Shown here: positions 19,306 through 29,480 of the stretch, piece after piece
Layout of the letters: each line of letters starts with the position of its first letter
Position numbering within the stretch: position 1 is the first letter of the stretch
Source: an uncultured Verrucomicrobiae bacterium
Lineage (GTDB): Bacteria; Verrucomicrobiota; Verrucomicrobiia; Chthoniobacterales; JAFAMB01
Direction: 5' to 3'
DNA: 64,000 bases
Assembly: GCA_963762565.1 (NCBI GenBank)
Contig: CAVXLD010000003.1
Location: 416,001-480,000, forward strand
Translations under genes and position numbers: made by a program
Notes under the pieces: generated by a model
What the model saw: only the letters and a program-made list of their open reading frames with translations
The model's database searches: none
Told to the model about the DNA's origin: nothing

Positions 19306-19668
19306 TCAGGGGATGGTCTGCGCGTTCCGGCGACGGATGCGTCCCGCCATGGTGCGCATAACGATTAGGGCGAAGAACGGCGTCTCCTGAACTAAGTAGA
19401 GGAACTGCCTTTCGTCGATCTTGATGAGAGTGCAATCGGTCCTGGCGATCGCTGCAGCGCTGCGAGGAGCTCGATCGATTAAGGCTAATTCTCCAAAAAA
19501 GCCGTCTTCACCAACGGTCTCGACAACGTGACCGCGAATCACAATATCGACTTCTCCCTTCTTTACTACGTACATAAAGTCGCGATCCTGGCCTTCTTCA
19601 AAAATGATTTGGCCAGCCGTGTAGAGACTCGGGACGATATCTTTCTCGAAGAGGTTCGGTAGTTTCAT
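19306..19668 (-). CDS. Stand-alone cyclic nucleotide-binding domain protein
   Basis: IFEEG...MYVVKKGEV, FGELALIDRAPRSA. Confidence 0.9.
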   Translation of the reverse strand: MKLPNLFEKDIVPSLYTAGQIIFEEGQDRDFMYVVKKGEVDIVIRGHVVETVGEDGFFGELALIDRAPRSAAAIARTDCTLIKIDERQFLYLVQETPFFALIVMRTMAGRIRRRNAQTIP

Positions 19669-19935
19669 TTCTTATCGTTCGGCTGGATTGCCGGTTATGG
19701 GACCCGCGTGGTGCGTGTAGCGTACAAGCACGCACACGAGCTCCTGGAAACGGCTTACGAAGCGACTCTTATCTCTTGTTCGTCGGGCGAAGTAAAGCTG
19801 GAAAACGGCGCCTAGCGGTTAGGCGTTGCGGTTCCAGGGCTGATGGGAAGGTTTTTGGCTCCGCGAAGGAATGGGACTGATAGGACCTATGGGACCTATA
19901 TGATTCGGTGGGACATGCTCTCATGGGACTAACCG

Positions 19936-21471
19936 CTAACCCCTCGCCACTGGTGTGGCTTGGCCGATGCCGGGGACCGTATCGGGTCGAGGTCGCGAGA
20001 ATTTGTTCTTCAACTCAACCTCCAGCCATTTGCGGATGCCGGTCAACATGAACCTTAAGGATCCGGGACCAGGGACAAACCCTGGCAGGAAGAGGCGGGA
20101 ATCGAGATTATGCAAACCGTAGGTTCCGGCGGCGATCCGACGCTTAGCGATGGCGGCCAGGCGAGCGTTATAGCATCGCATAAATTTGCCAAACATTCCG
20201 CCGATTGGTCCGGCGTAAGGCAATGCCGAATAACGATGGGGCCGATTACTGTAGGCTTGCCCGACCGGTCCGATGAAATAGGCGCCGATGTCCAAGTAGA
20301 ACGCAACCGTCATGAGATCGGCGTCACCCAGATAATAGTATTTATCTTTGTAAATGCTCTCGAACCAAGTGTGAAATTGTTCTTGGTACAATTGGTTGTA
20401 CCTGTCTCGCGCCTGGGTGATGTCTTTGCCGGCGAAGCGATCACTCAGAATTTCGAAAGTGGCGTAGCAGGTGTAGGAAATAAAATCGAATCCCTGGCTA
20501 TAGAGAGGATCAAGGAAGCCGGCGGCATCACCGACCAACGCCCAACCATCACCCATGGTCTGAGCGGAGTAGTAGGCAAGGTTCGAGCGAGCGTGCACAT
20601 CATTCTCGATACATTCCGCATCACAAAGGGCCTTCTTGCCCATGGGATGCGTCATCAGATGGCTCTTCAGCCGTTCGCCCAGGTTCGGGCCCGGAGGTAA
20701 TTCGAACAGCCGTTGATCGTAAACTAAGCCAACACTGCAATCGCCGCCCTTCAGTGGAATTAACCAACCCCACCAGCCATAACCCATTAGATGATTGGTG
20801 GCCCATTGGCGCATGGCCCAGCACGACTCGGCAAACCCGGGAGCTGTCTCCCATATTTCCGGACCATCCAAATCCGTGGTCTTACGAAAGCGAGCCCAAA
20901 TCGCGTTGATAGGGTGGGTATCTAAAGGCCGGAATAGCTTGAGCTTCCTGGGGACCACCGCGTTGCGACCAGTGGCGTCGACGACCCAGCGGGCTGAGAC
21001 AACGTGAGTTTCATCATTGAGTCGTACTTCGATTCGATTGTTGCCTTCACCGCCTAATTCCAGGTCCATGACCTTGGCCGGTCGCCAGAGCTCGCACCCG
21101 ACGTGCAAAGCCTTCTGCAGGATGGCCTCATCCAGCTTCGAACGATCCAGCTGGAAGGCATGCAGCCGCGTCTGATGTTTGGGCCCGATCTCGGTACAGC
21201 GGGTATAGGAGTCGTGGCTATCACGATAGAACCACATACGGAGGCCGGACTTCGTGATTTGCTCGTGACCCAGATGGTTGGATAGGTTCAAAACTCGGGT
21301 CAGGAAGCACGCACCCACTTCGCTGGTGGATTCACCGACCTTTCGATCAAACTGGTCGCTCTTTTCGATGATCAGTACCCGTAACAAGGGATGCTGCCGT
21401 TTCACCAGAAAGGCAGTGGATGCCCCAGCGATCGCTCCTCCAATTACCACAAGGTCGTAGGCAGCCTGCAT
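19936..21471 (-). CDS. FAD-dependent halogenase-like oxidoreductase
   Basis: VIGGAIAG, KVGES, ITKSG, WWGWLIP (WxWxIP), VGDAAGFLDPLYSQG. Confidence 0.8.
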   Translation of the reverse strand: MQAAYDLVVIGGAIAGASTAFLVKRQHPLLRVLIIEKSDQFDRKVGESTSEVGACFLTRVLNLSNHLGHEQITKSGLRMWFYRDSHDSYTRCTEIGPKHQTRLHAFQLDRSKLDEAILQKALHVGCELWRPAKVMDLELGGEGNNRIEVRLNDETHVVSARWVVDATGRNAVVPRKLKLFRPLDTHPINAIWARFRKTTDLDGPEIWETAPGFAESCWAMRQWATNHLMGYGWWGWLIPLKGGDCSVGLVYDQRLFELPPGPNLGERLKSHLMTHPMGKKALCDAECIENDVHARSNLAYYSAQTMGDGWALVGDAAGFLDPLYSQGFDFISYTCYATFEILSDRFAGKDITQARDRYNQLYQEQFHTWFESIYKDKYYYLGDADLMTVAFYLDIGAYFIGPVGQAYSNRPHRYSALPYAGPIGGMFGKFMRCYNARLAAIAKRRIAAGTYGLHNLDSRLFLPGFVPGPGSLRFMLTGIRKWLEVELKNKFSRPRPDTVPGIGQATPVARG

Positions 21472-21974
21472 GCAGCCATAAAGATCCGGTTTCGCAGCGG
21501 GTTATTCAAGACTTATCCGTCCGGCAGACGCCGGATCGTTTCCGGAGCTGGGCGTCTTTGGCAATCGAAGGTTAAATTATGTTTTTGAACACGCAACATC
21601 TTCGCGGCGCGCGAGGATCCGACGTTGCCCCGGTGGGAGAAAATCATCTGAATGCACCAGGCTATGTCGGACAGGCAGCGCGCCCTCCCGGATCAGGGGC
21701 CGGCACGAACGCACGGGAGCCTGGCCCCGCCATCATCTTCAACAGGAAAAAGCACTTGCATTTCTCGTCGGTGCGCTATGGTCCTACACACCGTGATACC
21801 ACGCCACGCCATTAAATCGGCTAAGAAGCATCGTTCACATCCGTCGATGCAGCTCTGGGCGTGTGCACCGGCGGTACGCTGTTGGTCTGACCGCTAAGGC
21901 GGCGACTGCCAACACGTCCTCTAGCTCCCCGGGCCAGTCATCCCCCTTAGGCACAAACACCAAAAGTCTTGTTT

Positions 21975-22517
21975 ATGAGTTACCTTCTCGCCATCTCCGG
22001 ACATCCTACCAAATTCTCGAGACCTGGCTTTTTACTCCAGGCTTTAGGCCGGCACTTGTACCCGTACCAAGTTGAGCTCAGAAGCGTTTACGCAGTTGAT
22101 TTGAAGCCGGAAGCACCTGAAGCGGCAGCTCGTTGGCACGATCTGGCGGGGCTCATCCGAAATGCCCGCGGAATTCTCTTGCTCGCGCCGGTACCAAAGG
22201 ACGACTGGAGCGGTTCTTTAAAGGCGCTCCTCGATTGCTTGCCCGACCGCGTTTTTCAATACAAACCGGTGATGGTAGTCGGTTCCGGGGGTTTTGTTGG
22301 TGAGATGCAAGACCTGGAGCGGTCACTGGCCGCCAATCTTGAGCGCTTAGCCGCTCACGTATCGCTGTCGCCAGTCCATGTCGGGGTAAAGAACTGGGTT
22401 TTTGTTGGAGATCAGCCGCCATCGCTAACGGTGGCAACAGAAGCACGATTAGGAGACGCCATACGCCGATTCTGCGGCCAGGCAGCCGAGACGGCACGGC
22501 TTTCGGAGGCAGCGTAG
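21975..22517 (+). CDS. NADPH-dependent FMN reductase-like (SsuE-like, divergent)
   Basis: ISGHP...SR and APV...SGSLKALLD.LP...KPV flavodoxin-like pattern. Confidence 0.7.
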   Translation: MSYLLAISGHPTKFSRPGFLLQALGRHLYPYQVELRSVYAVDLKPEAPEAAARWHDLAGLIRNARGILLLAPVPKDDWSGSLKALLDCLPDRVFQYKPVMVVGSGGFVGEMQDLERSLAANLERLAAHVSLSPVHVGVKNWVFVGDQPPSLTVATEARLGDAIRRFCGQAAETARLSEAA

Positions 22518-22556
22518 CGCTTTATGTCGTTCTCGTCCTCGTCGTCGAGAGGGCCT

Positions 22557-22812
22557 GGAGGGGAGCCGCTTTGTAGGCCAGCAGCTCCTGTAGGTTGCTA
22601 GCCACCGAAAGCCTTCGGGGTAGACAGGCGGCTCCCGCGAATAACCCAGCGTGTTGCTTTGCCCGGTGGTCGCGGTCCCAGGTTCCCAATTCTCGCGCTG
22701 CCGATAGATCTGCCAAGCGCTCGACCATTCCCGGGAGCCGCCTGTCTACCCCGGAGGCTTTCGGTGGCTGCCGAGATACAGAACTGCCATGTTACAAAGC
22801 GGCTCCCCTCCA
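22557..22812. repeat. Family C complete inverted doublet
   Basis: About 80-bp arms 22557-22637 and 22731-22812 between convergent genes. Confidence 0.85.
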
Positions 22813-22855
22813 AAGATGGCGGGACGACGAGAATGAGGACGAAAAGGCTGCAGGC

Positions 22856-23404
22856 CTAGCCTCCACCAACCGATTCATCAAGGAAATCCGGCGAGACCTC
22901 GAGGCGGTAGACCTTCCAGCCAAAACCTTCCAGACGGGCAAATAACGTGATGTGGTTGGTTCCGATCCGAAAACTTGTCGGGCCGGTAAATGAAAAGTTC
23001 TTAAGCTTAGACCAGTCAAGATCTGACGGCCCGGGAATCTTGAAGAAGGAATGACTATTATTTTGGACCTGATTATTTTTTTTAACGAAGCCCGCGACGG
23101 CATCGGGAGTGCAATACGTGTCGACGGCTTTATTAAGAAACACTGGGCCCACAAAAGCAGTCAGCGCCCCAAAAGGACTTTGGCTCGAGTCTGAGCTTTC
23201 TTTTGATTGTTGAGTAAGAATGGTCGCAAACTGTTCTTTCAGTGAATCCCGCAAGGCGGCAAAATCGACTAGATCCGCGAGTTTATTCGCATCGCCGGCT
23301 AGAAAGGCGCTCTTAAGCGAGGAGACGTAGAAGAATGGAGAGACGACGTAACCGGCTAGGGCCAAGGTCAGCAAAACCGCAACGATGATGACTAGCTTTT
23401 TCAT
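22856..23404 (-). CDS. DUF2939-like membrane-anchored protein
   Basis: N-terminal TM, SPF...L..A...GD...L...VDF.ALR.SLKEQ. Confidence 0.75.
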   Translation of the reverse strand: MKKLVIIVAVLLTLALAGYVVSPFFYVSSLKSAFLAGDANKLADLVDFAALRDSLKEQFATILTQQSKESSDSSQSPFGALTAFVGPVFLNKAVDTYCTPDAVAGFVKKNNQVQNNSHSFFKIPGPSDLDWSKLKNFSFTGPTSFRIGTNHITLFARLEGFGWKVYRLEVSPDFLDESVGGG

Positions 23405-24063
23405 GACGAGCGTCCGAAACCTTGGACGATAGCGTCGATAACTTCATCCAATAGGTTCGTAACTTTGTGTAGGTCATTGATCTCTGGCGCCTCTCGTCGA
23501 GCCAGCTTGTCTTGGATCGAATGCGCTAGGAATGACGCCACTAGAATCTTTGAGCTTAGCAGGTCGTGGAAAAATTTTCGCATCCGGTTCGCTTCTTCTT
23601 CCCGCCCGACAATGCGGCCTTGGACATACCCCTCAAACTTGAGATCGTGAGCGGGAGAATCTACCAGAAGCAGCAATAGACCGTGCTCGTTTTTGATTGC
23701 GGATGCCGGCAGTATTCCGTCATTGGCGGGCCTTTTGATGGCGCAGGGCAATGACCCAAACAGGCAATCGGTGCGCGCTACTCCTTGGCTCAGATCGGCG
23801 AGTTGCTCATCGTAGCGGACAAAAGCGCTGAGCTTTACTTGAGCTAATTCTGCGTCCGTCAGGCCCATTCTCTCGCAGAAAGAAGCATTCCAGAAGGCGA
23901 ACGCGTCCGTCTTAAGATCGCCCACAGCCGAGGGCAACTTGAAGCATTCGAGATCTGAACAGAGGTTTCCTAGATCGGTTAGAGTAATAGGTGCGTTTCT
24001 CCTTGGGAGCGTTTCGGTTGCCAAATCGGTTATCAAGCTAAGCTGGTCGCCGCGGCCCAGCAA
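23401..24063 (-). CDS. PAS-like plus HisKA_3-like protein without ATPase domain
   Basis: FWNASFCERMG (PAS-like); GREEEANRMRKFFHDLLS resembles EER.RIARELHD; start uncertain. Confidence 0.55.
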   Translation of the reverse strand: MLGRGDQLSLITDLATETLPRRNAPITLTDLGNLCSDLECFKLPSAVGDLKTDAFAFWNASFCERMGLTDAELAQVKLSAFVRYDEQLADLSQGVARTDCLFGSLPCAIKRPANDGILPASAIKNEHGLLLLLVDSPAHDLKFEGYVQGRIVGREEEANRMRKFFHDLLSSKILVASFLAHSIQDKLARREAPEINDLHKVTNLLDEVIDAIVQGFGRSS

Positions 24064-24166
24064 AAGCTTTTGTTGAGAGTAGTCTTTCTGAAAACGCTGT
24101 TGATAAGCCCAAATTCGCTGTTAGCAGATAAGGGCTATCTGCCAACCGCAAACCGTAAATCATCCG

Positions 24167-25051
24167 ATGGAATCTAGTCTCCGATTTGGTTTGTCCTGTG
24201 CCTTGGCATTACCTCTTAATGAAGACGGATCGATCGATTACCGTCTTCTGGTCACGCATGCGCGATCCTGTCTGGCTGGGGGGTGTTCCAGCGTAACCGT
24301 TTTTGGCACGACTGGTGAAGGAGCTTCGATTAGCCTGGCTGAGCGCGCGAAAATGCTGGGAGCCCTGTTGGCTGCCGAGATCGATCCGCACAAAGAAATT
24401 ATAGGCGGTATCGCGTCTGCATCGATCGGGGACGCAGTCGAGCAAATCACAATTCTCAGCGACAGTGGATGTGGCCGAGTTTTGTTGGCCCCGCCCTTCT
24501 ATTTCAAGGGTGTGCGGCAGGACGGGCTGTACGATTGGTTTGCCCGGGTCCTGGAAAAGATAGCGGGGAATGTGCTAGGGGTGATCCTTTATCATATTCC
24601 CTCGGTGACCCAGGTGCCGCTCTCGGTTGATCTGATCAGCCGTTTAAAGGCAGCTTTTCCCGGAGTCATTACAGGGGTTAAAGACTCGGGGGGTGATTGG
24701 CCGTTTACGGAATCGCTTCTGGGTGCCCACGCCGATCTTTCTATCTTGATTGGGGATGAGCGGCATCTCGCGCCCGCGGTTCGGCTTGGCGCCAGCGGGG
24801 CCATATCCGGACTCGCGAACCTATTTCCGGCGGTTCTTTTGCCACTGGTCGAACGGGGCAAGGATGATTCGCGAGTAGCCGATCTTATTACTGCGATCCT
24901 GAAATACCCGGTGACGCCTGCGGTGAAAGCGCTTTTATCGCATCGTTCAGAGAATAATCGCTGGCTCAAGGTGCGGCCGCCGTTGGTCCAGCTTTCGGAC
25001 GAGGAAGTGAAAGAGCTCGGGGCCGCTCACGATGCCCTGTTTCCGGGCTGA
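24167..25051 (+). CDS. Dihydrodipicolinate synthase/N-acetylneuraminate lyase family aldolase
   Basis: GTTGEG, ILYHIP, GVKDSG. Confidence 0.92.
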   Translation: MESSLRFGLSCALALPLNEDGSIDYRLLVTHARSCLAGGCSSVTVFGTTGEGASISLAERAKMLGALLAAEIDPHKEIIGGIASASIGDAVEQITILSDSGCGRVLLAPPFYFKGVRQDGLYDWFARVLEKIAGNVLGVILYHIPSVTQVPLSVDLISRLKAAFPGVITGVKDSGGDWPFTESLLGAHADLSILIGDERHLAPAVRLGASGAISGLANLFPAVLLPLVERGKDDSRVADLITAILKYPVTPAVKALLSHRSENNRWLKVRPPLVQLSDEEVKELGAAHDALFPG

Positions 25052-25113
25052 GGCACCCGCTGATTGATTTTATTTATCTAGCCGCGATCTTCTGAGCATA
25101 ACTGCTGGCCCGC

Positions 25114-26343
25114 ATGTTCCGATGGTACCGAGAACTAACGTCGCGTGAGCAAAAAACGTTTTGGGCATGCTTCGGTGGATTCGGTCTGGACGGTATGGAC
25201 GTCCAGATCTACAGCTTCGTCATCCCGACGCTGATCTCGGTTTGGAAATTAACGCCCGGTGACGCCGGGTTGGTGGCAACCTGCACGTTGCTGTTTTCAG
25301 CCTTCGGCGGATGGATCACTGGCATCCTGGCCGATCGGTATGGGCGGGTATTAATGTTGCAGGTCACCATTGCTTGGTTTGCCGGCTTTACTTTTCTTCA
25401 AGGACTTTCGACCGGCTTTATCTGGCTTTTAATTGCTCGCAGTCTACAGGGTCTTGGTTTCGGCGGGGAATGGGCTGCCGGTTCTGTCCTAGCGGCAGAG
25501 GTAATCCGGAGCGATCATCGGGGAAAGGCGGTTGGCGCGGTGCAGAGTTCTTGGTCCGTGGGTTGGGGGATCGCTGCGCTGCTGGCTACGATTTTTTTCC
25601 AGGTCATACCCCGCGAGTACGCTTGGAGAGCGTTGTTTTTTGTCGGCATATTGCCAGCCTTGTTCATTTTCTTTGTCCGGCGTTCAGTCCCGGAACCGGA
25701 TATTTATCGGGAACAAAGAACTCCCGAAGAGCGGGGGCGTGCCTTGGCGATTTTTAGACCTGGCGTTATTCGCCGGACAGTACTCGGCGCATTACTGGCC
25801 GTGGGAGCCCAGGGTGGTTATTATGCGATTACCACCTGGTTACCGACGTTTCTGCAAAAGGAGCGAGGCCTGACGATTCTCAGCAGCGGCGGCTACCTGG
25901 CGGTGATCATCATTGGTTCTTTTACCGGGTATCTGGTGTCCGCCTATCTCTCAGACCTGATTGGCCGGCGCTCGAACTTTATTCTGTTCGCGGTTGGCTC
26001 CGTTCTGGTGGTGGTGACCTATACGGAAATACCAATTAGCGACAGCTTGATGCTCGTGCTTGGTTTTCCGCTTGGCTTTTTTGCCAGCGGTGTATTCAGC
26101 GGGATGGGCGCTTTCTTTACCGAGCTCTTTCCAACTGAAATCCGGGGCAACGCGCAGGGCTTTTGCTACAATTTTGGTCGAGGAGTCGCCGCCGGGTTCC
26201 CTTTACTGGTCGGACTGTTGTCGGCGCGTCTGCCTCTAGGGCAGGCGATCGGGATTTACGCCGCCGCCGCCTATCTCTTAATGATGATTGCGGCAGTCGC
26301 TTTACCGGAAACCCGAGGAACGAATTTACGCGAGATACGTTAG
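25114..26343 (+). CDS. MFS transporter (NanT/aromatic-acid-like)
   Basis: LADRYGR, GLGFGGEW, ELFPT..R; 12 TM. Confidence 0.9.
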   Translation: MFRWYRELTSREQKTFWACFGGFGLDGMDVQIYSFVIPTLISVWKLTPGDAGLVATCTLLFSAFGGWITGILADRYGRVLMLQVTIAWFAGFTFLQGLSTGFIWLLIARSLQGLGFGGEWAAGSVLAAEVIRSDHRGKAVGAVQSSWSVGWGIAALLATIFFQVIPREYAWRALFFVGILPALFIFFVRRSVPEPDIYREQRTPEERGRALAIFRPGVIRRTVLGALLAVGAQGGYYAITTWLPTFLQKERGLTILSSGGYLAVIIIGSFTGYLVSAYLSDLIGRRSNFILFAVGSVLVVVTYTEIPISDSLMLVLGFPLGFFASGVFSGMGAFFTELFPTEIRGNAQGFCYNFGRGVAAGFPLLVGLLSARLPLGQAIGIYAAAAYLLMMIAAVALPETRGTNLREIR

Positions 26344-26537
26344 CGGTTGGCCGTTTTCTATTGCCGGCGGGAGGAATTTGCGGTCGACACGTTACGGTTT
26401 GCGGTTGGCGGCTAGCAATTTGCGGCTACCAGTTAGCAAGTTATCGGCTTGTGTTTCCGATACGATTTTCAGTCCCCGGGCCCAAAAGGCCAGCAACCGT
26501 TAACCGCGAACCGTTTACCGCTAACTGCAAACCAAAG

Positions 26538-27644
26538 ATGTCGATTGTTGGACAAACCAAGAGATTCTCTGGTTGTTATCTAGCAAGCGCTTTTGCCGCT
26601 GGTAGTCTGATCGCCTGCGGCTGGATTTGGCCGGCTACCGGTGCGGCCCAAAGTTTCCCTAAAGAAAACTTTTTAAAGGCAACGCCCATGCCTTCTCCCG
26701 AATACTCTGACCAGGGGAATTCAGCGGGCCGAAATAACTACGGAGGAATGGTCGTGGCCGGCATCATCGCGGTATTAACTGCGGTTGCCGGCGCCGCAAT
26801 TTGGAGGGCGCACGAGCTGAGGGTGCAAAGAGATTTGTCGGTCGAAGGCGAGGACCAAGCGGTTGCGGCGCGGAAAGGCGTCGAACAAATCCTTAATCAT
26901 CTGGTCGACCAGCTCAGGAATAGGCTCGAGCCGCTGGGCCAGCTCGACATCGTCGAGGAAGCACAAGGAATGGTGGAAGCTTATTATGAAAGGTTCGGGT
27001 TCGGTCAACAGGATCCAGAGGGGTTGAGCCGATTGGCTGCACTACTGCAAAATCAGGGGGACCGGTTATTAGCCCAGGGCGACATGAATGGCGCCCAGGC
27101 GAAATATGTGCGTTCGCTCGAAATCGGCCAGAAGATGGTCAAGCAAGATTCCGAGAATAGTGCTTGGCAAGGCGCTCTTTCGGCTGGCTACGAGAAGCTA
27201 GGAGACCTGTTGTTAGCACAAGGGGACCTGCACGGGGCGCGGACTCAGTTCAGGCGGTTGCTCGAAGTCCAACACAGTTTAGCTAAGCGAAACCCGGGCG
27301 ATGTCCCATGGCAGCGCAGCCTATTGGCCACTTATGGGAAGCTCGGCGAAGTATTAGAAGCGCAAGGCGATTTGAGAGGCGCTGAACGCACCTATGCAGG
27401 CTCATTGCAACTCATGTTTAAATTGGTTAGCCAAGATCCCATGAATCGTTCCTGGCTGCGCGAGCTATCGATCATTCACGCCCGCTTGGGCGGTGTGCTG
27501 AAGGCGCAGGGCGATATCGCCGGCGCGACACGGAACTTCAAGGCCAGCATAGAAATTCTTACCAACTTGCTCCGGGAGCAGGGACAGAACCCAAGCTTGG
27601 AATGGGATCTAGACTGGGCGAAAGGGCAGTTGGGGGAAGGGTGA
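26538..27644 (+). CDS. Membrane-anchored TPR protein
   Basis: TM at VVAGIIAVLTAV; repeats of W...LS..YEKLGD.L.AQGD..GA; start uncertain (26538 or later). Confidence 0.75.
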   Translation: MSIVGQTKRFSGCYLASAFAAGSLIACGWIWPATGAAQSFPKENFLKATPMPSPEYSDQGNSAGRNNYGGMVVAGIIAVLTAVAGAAIWRAHELRVQRDLSVEGEDQAVAARKGVEQILNHLVDQLRNRLEPLGQLDIVEEAQGMVEAYYERFGFGQQDPEGLSRLAALLQNQGDRLLAQGDMNGAQAKYVRSLEIGQKMVKQDSENSAWQGALSAGYEKLGDLLLAQGDLHGARTQFRRLLEVQHSLAKRNPGDVPWQRSLLATYGKLGEVLEAQGDLRGAERTYAGSLQLMFKLVSQDPMNRSWLRELSIIHARLGGVLKAQGDIAGATRNFKASIEILTNLLREQGQNPSLEWDLDWAKGQLGEG

Positions 27645-27927
27645 AGGGGGGCGTGGTAGTTGCTTGGGGTGTCAGGGGCAGGGATGGCCAACGGCTCCGC
27701 GATCGGATAGGACTTATGGGACCTATGGGACTTATATGTTTCACCAGGGGACGCGGCTCCCACAACGGACTGGCTAACCGCTAACCGCGAACCGGCTAGC
27801 TGTTAGCGGTTGACGGGAGCTTGGGAACGCGATCGGATTCCGACAAATCATATAAGTCCCATAAGTCCTATCCAATCGCGGAGCCCCTAAACACTACTAC
27901 CCCTCGTGTTCGACTGCTCGGCGTTGC

Positions 27928-28662
27928 CTATCCGCCATTTATGGCTTTGATCGCGGCGTTGAGATCAGTGGTGGCGGTGTTGTACTGGTCGAGTAGCTGT
28001 TGGCTGGTGAATAAGAGGTGGCCGTCGCTTTGGCGTGTCCATTGCTTGGAATTTTCAGAAAGGACATCTAACAGCGTGGTGATGCTGGCGCAGGCTTTAC
28101 TAACTTCGGTAGGCCATGGCACGTTCCCTACAACTTGCGCCCACTTGGCAAAGGTCGCAGCCGTTTCATGCGCGGTGGCAGCGGGCACGCCTGCCGCCTT
28201 CAGCTTCGCGATTAGTTGCTCTGATAAGTCTTGGTAGTAATGCACCGCAGAATTTGCGATGTCCTGACATTGCTGGACTGCAGCCCGAACTTTGCTGAGG
28301 TCTTCGCCGGGTTGAACGGTTTCTATCTTAGGCAGGATCTGCTGGCTAAAGATTTGAAAAGGCGGTTTCCGCATGTCGAGGTGAGCGACGGCGTTGTTTA
28401 AAATCGATGCCACGGTCCGCTCGGCGGGTGTAAGGGCCTTTTCGTCGTAATTCATGAGGTTTAGATACTCGATGGCCGTGCTTGGCGGCGGAGGCGGCTT
28501 TACATTCTGGGTGGTGACCTCCCCAGAGCGTCCGCTGACCCGGTCAACCAGATAGTTGGGCAGCCACGGATTACGCACGATGAGGCCGCCGGTAAAAGAG
28601 ACAGTTATTTCACCGGTTAAAATGACCGCCAATACAAAAAACGCAGCGACCTGCCTCTTGAT
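27928..28662 (-). CDS. Hypothetical membrane-anchored/secreted protein
   Basis: 234+ aa ORF; the hydrophobic segment IKRQVAAFFVLAVIL starts upstream of the TTG at 28632, so the start is uncertain. Confidence 0.6.
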   Translation of the reverse strand: MKRQVAAFFVLAVILTGEITVSFTGGLIVRNPWLPNYLVDRVSGRSGEVTTQNVKPPPPPSTAIEYLNLMNYDEKALTPAERTVASILNNAVAHLDMRKPPFQIFSQQILPKIETVQPGEDLSKVRAAVQQCQDIANSAVHYYQDLSEQLIAKLKAAGVPAATAHETAATFAKWAQVVGNVPWPTEVSKACASITTLLDVLSENSKQWTRQSDGHLLFTSQQLLDQYNTATTDLNAAIKAINGG

Positions 28663-28895
28663 GCGCGCTTCCGCAACACCTTCAGCTGCCGCACTATTTG
28701 CATAAGGTTGCTTGGATCCGTCCGGAGATTAGCTTCTCACCTTTTCGTTCGTGCTCCCGGATTTGTCATTCCTTAATTTGCGGGAAATCGCTGTTAATTT
28801 TTTCGGGCCGAACACGTCATGAGTTTTTTTGGCGCTTTGGAACTCGCAAAGCCGAAACGCTGCTTTACACTGTCGGCCTCGCATTTGCTTGCCTA

Positions 28896-29309
28896 ATGAA
28901 CCTGATGCAATCACTGAAAAGACTGGCAGCCATCATCCTGATGGGAATGATCGCAGGTTGCGCTGAACGACCAAGCGCGCGGGCGACCGCTGACGCCGAT
29001 TATGGAGCACCTCTCTCGATCGATTACCGTAAGGCGATTCGGGACCACATGGATCCGACCTTCTTCTATTGGAGAACTGCTGAATACAAGTTCACGGAAC
29101 CGTATCCCAATTGGTTTCGTGATCCGGAGGAGCTAGGGGGTGTGATCTATTATGGCTACGAGGTCGACGTGCTGATCAATGCGAAGAATCAGCAAGGCAA
29201 GTATACCGGCTTTAAGCCGTACCTGTTTCTCTTCAGAGACAATTTGTTGCGGCGCGAACTCGGTCCGGAGACCGGGGCGAAGAGGTCGAAGAGGCCGTAT
29301 GGGGATTAA
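28896..29309 (+). CDS. Putative lipoprotein
   Basis: Lipobox MIAG-C; INAKN..G.YTGFKPY.FLFR. Confidence 0.75.
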   Translation: MNLMQSLKRLAAIILMGMIAGCAERPSARATADADYGAPLSIDYRKAIRDHMDPTFFYWRTAEYKFTEPYPNWFRDPEELGGVIYYGYEVDVLINAKNQQGKYTGFKPYLFLFRDNLLRRELGPETGAKRSKRPYGD

Positions 29310-29480
29310 AGAGCGCTCCCCAGCTGTTTGGCTGACTGTTTGTTGCCTTTCGCTTGTGCCCCTTTGCCTCAACTCACTATTTTTTGGCTTGGTCGGATAG
29401 GTAATTAGAATAATCGACGTGTGGCAGAACACCTCATGGCTCCTGAATCCTTCTCCTGACGTGCCGGAGCTCGTCCCTCG

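Noticed and set aside
21480..21970. Riboswitch before the FMN reductase-like gene
   Set aside because: No FMN or SAM consensus was recognised; only a partial family B repeat and weak hairpins
26163..26537. Long N-terminal extensions of the TPR gene and of the permease (58216-58434)
   Set aside because: They run through the upstream gene or through heptamer/REP repeats; downstream ATGs fit better
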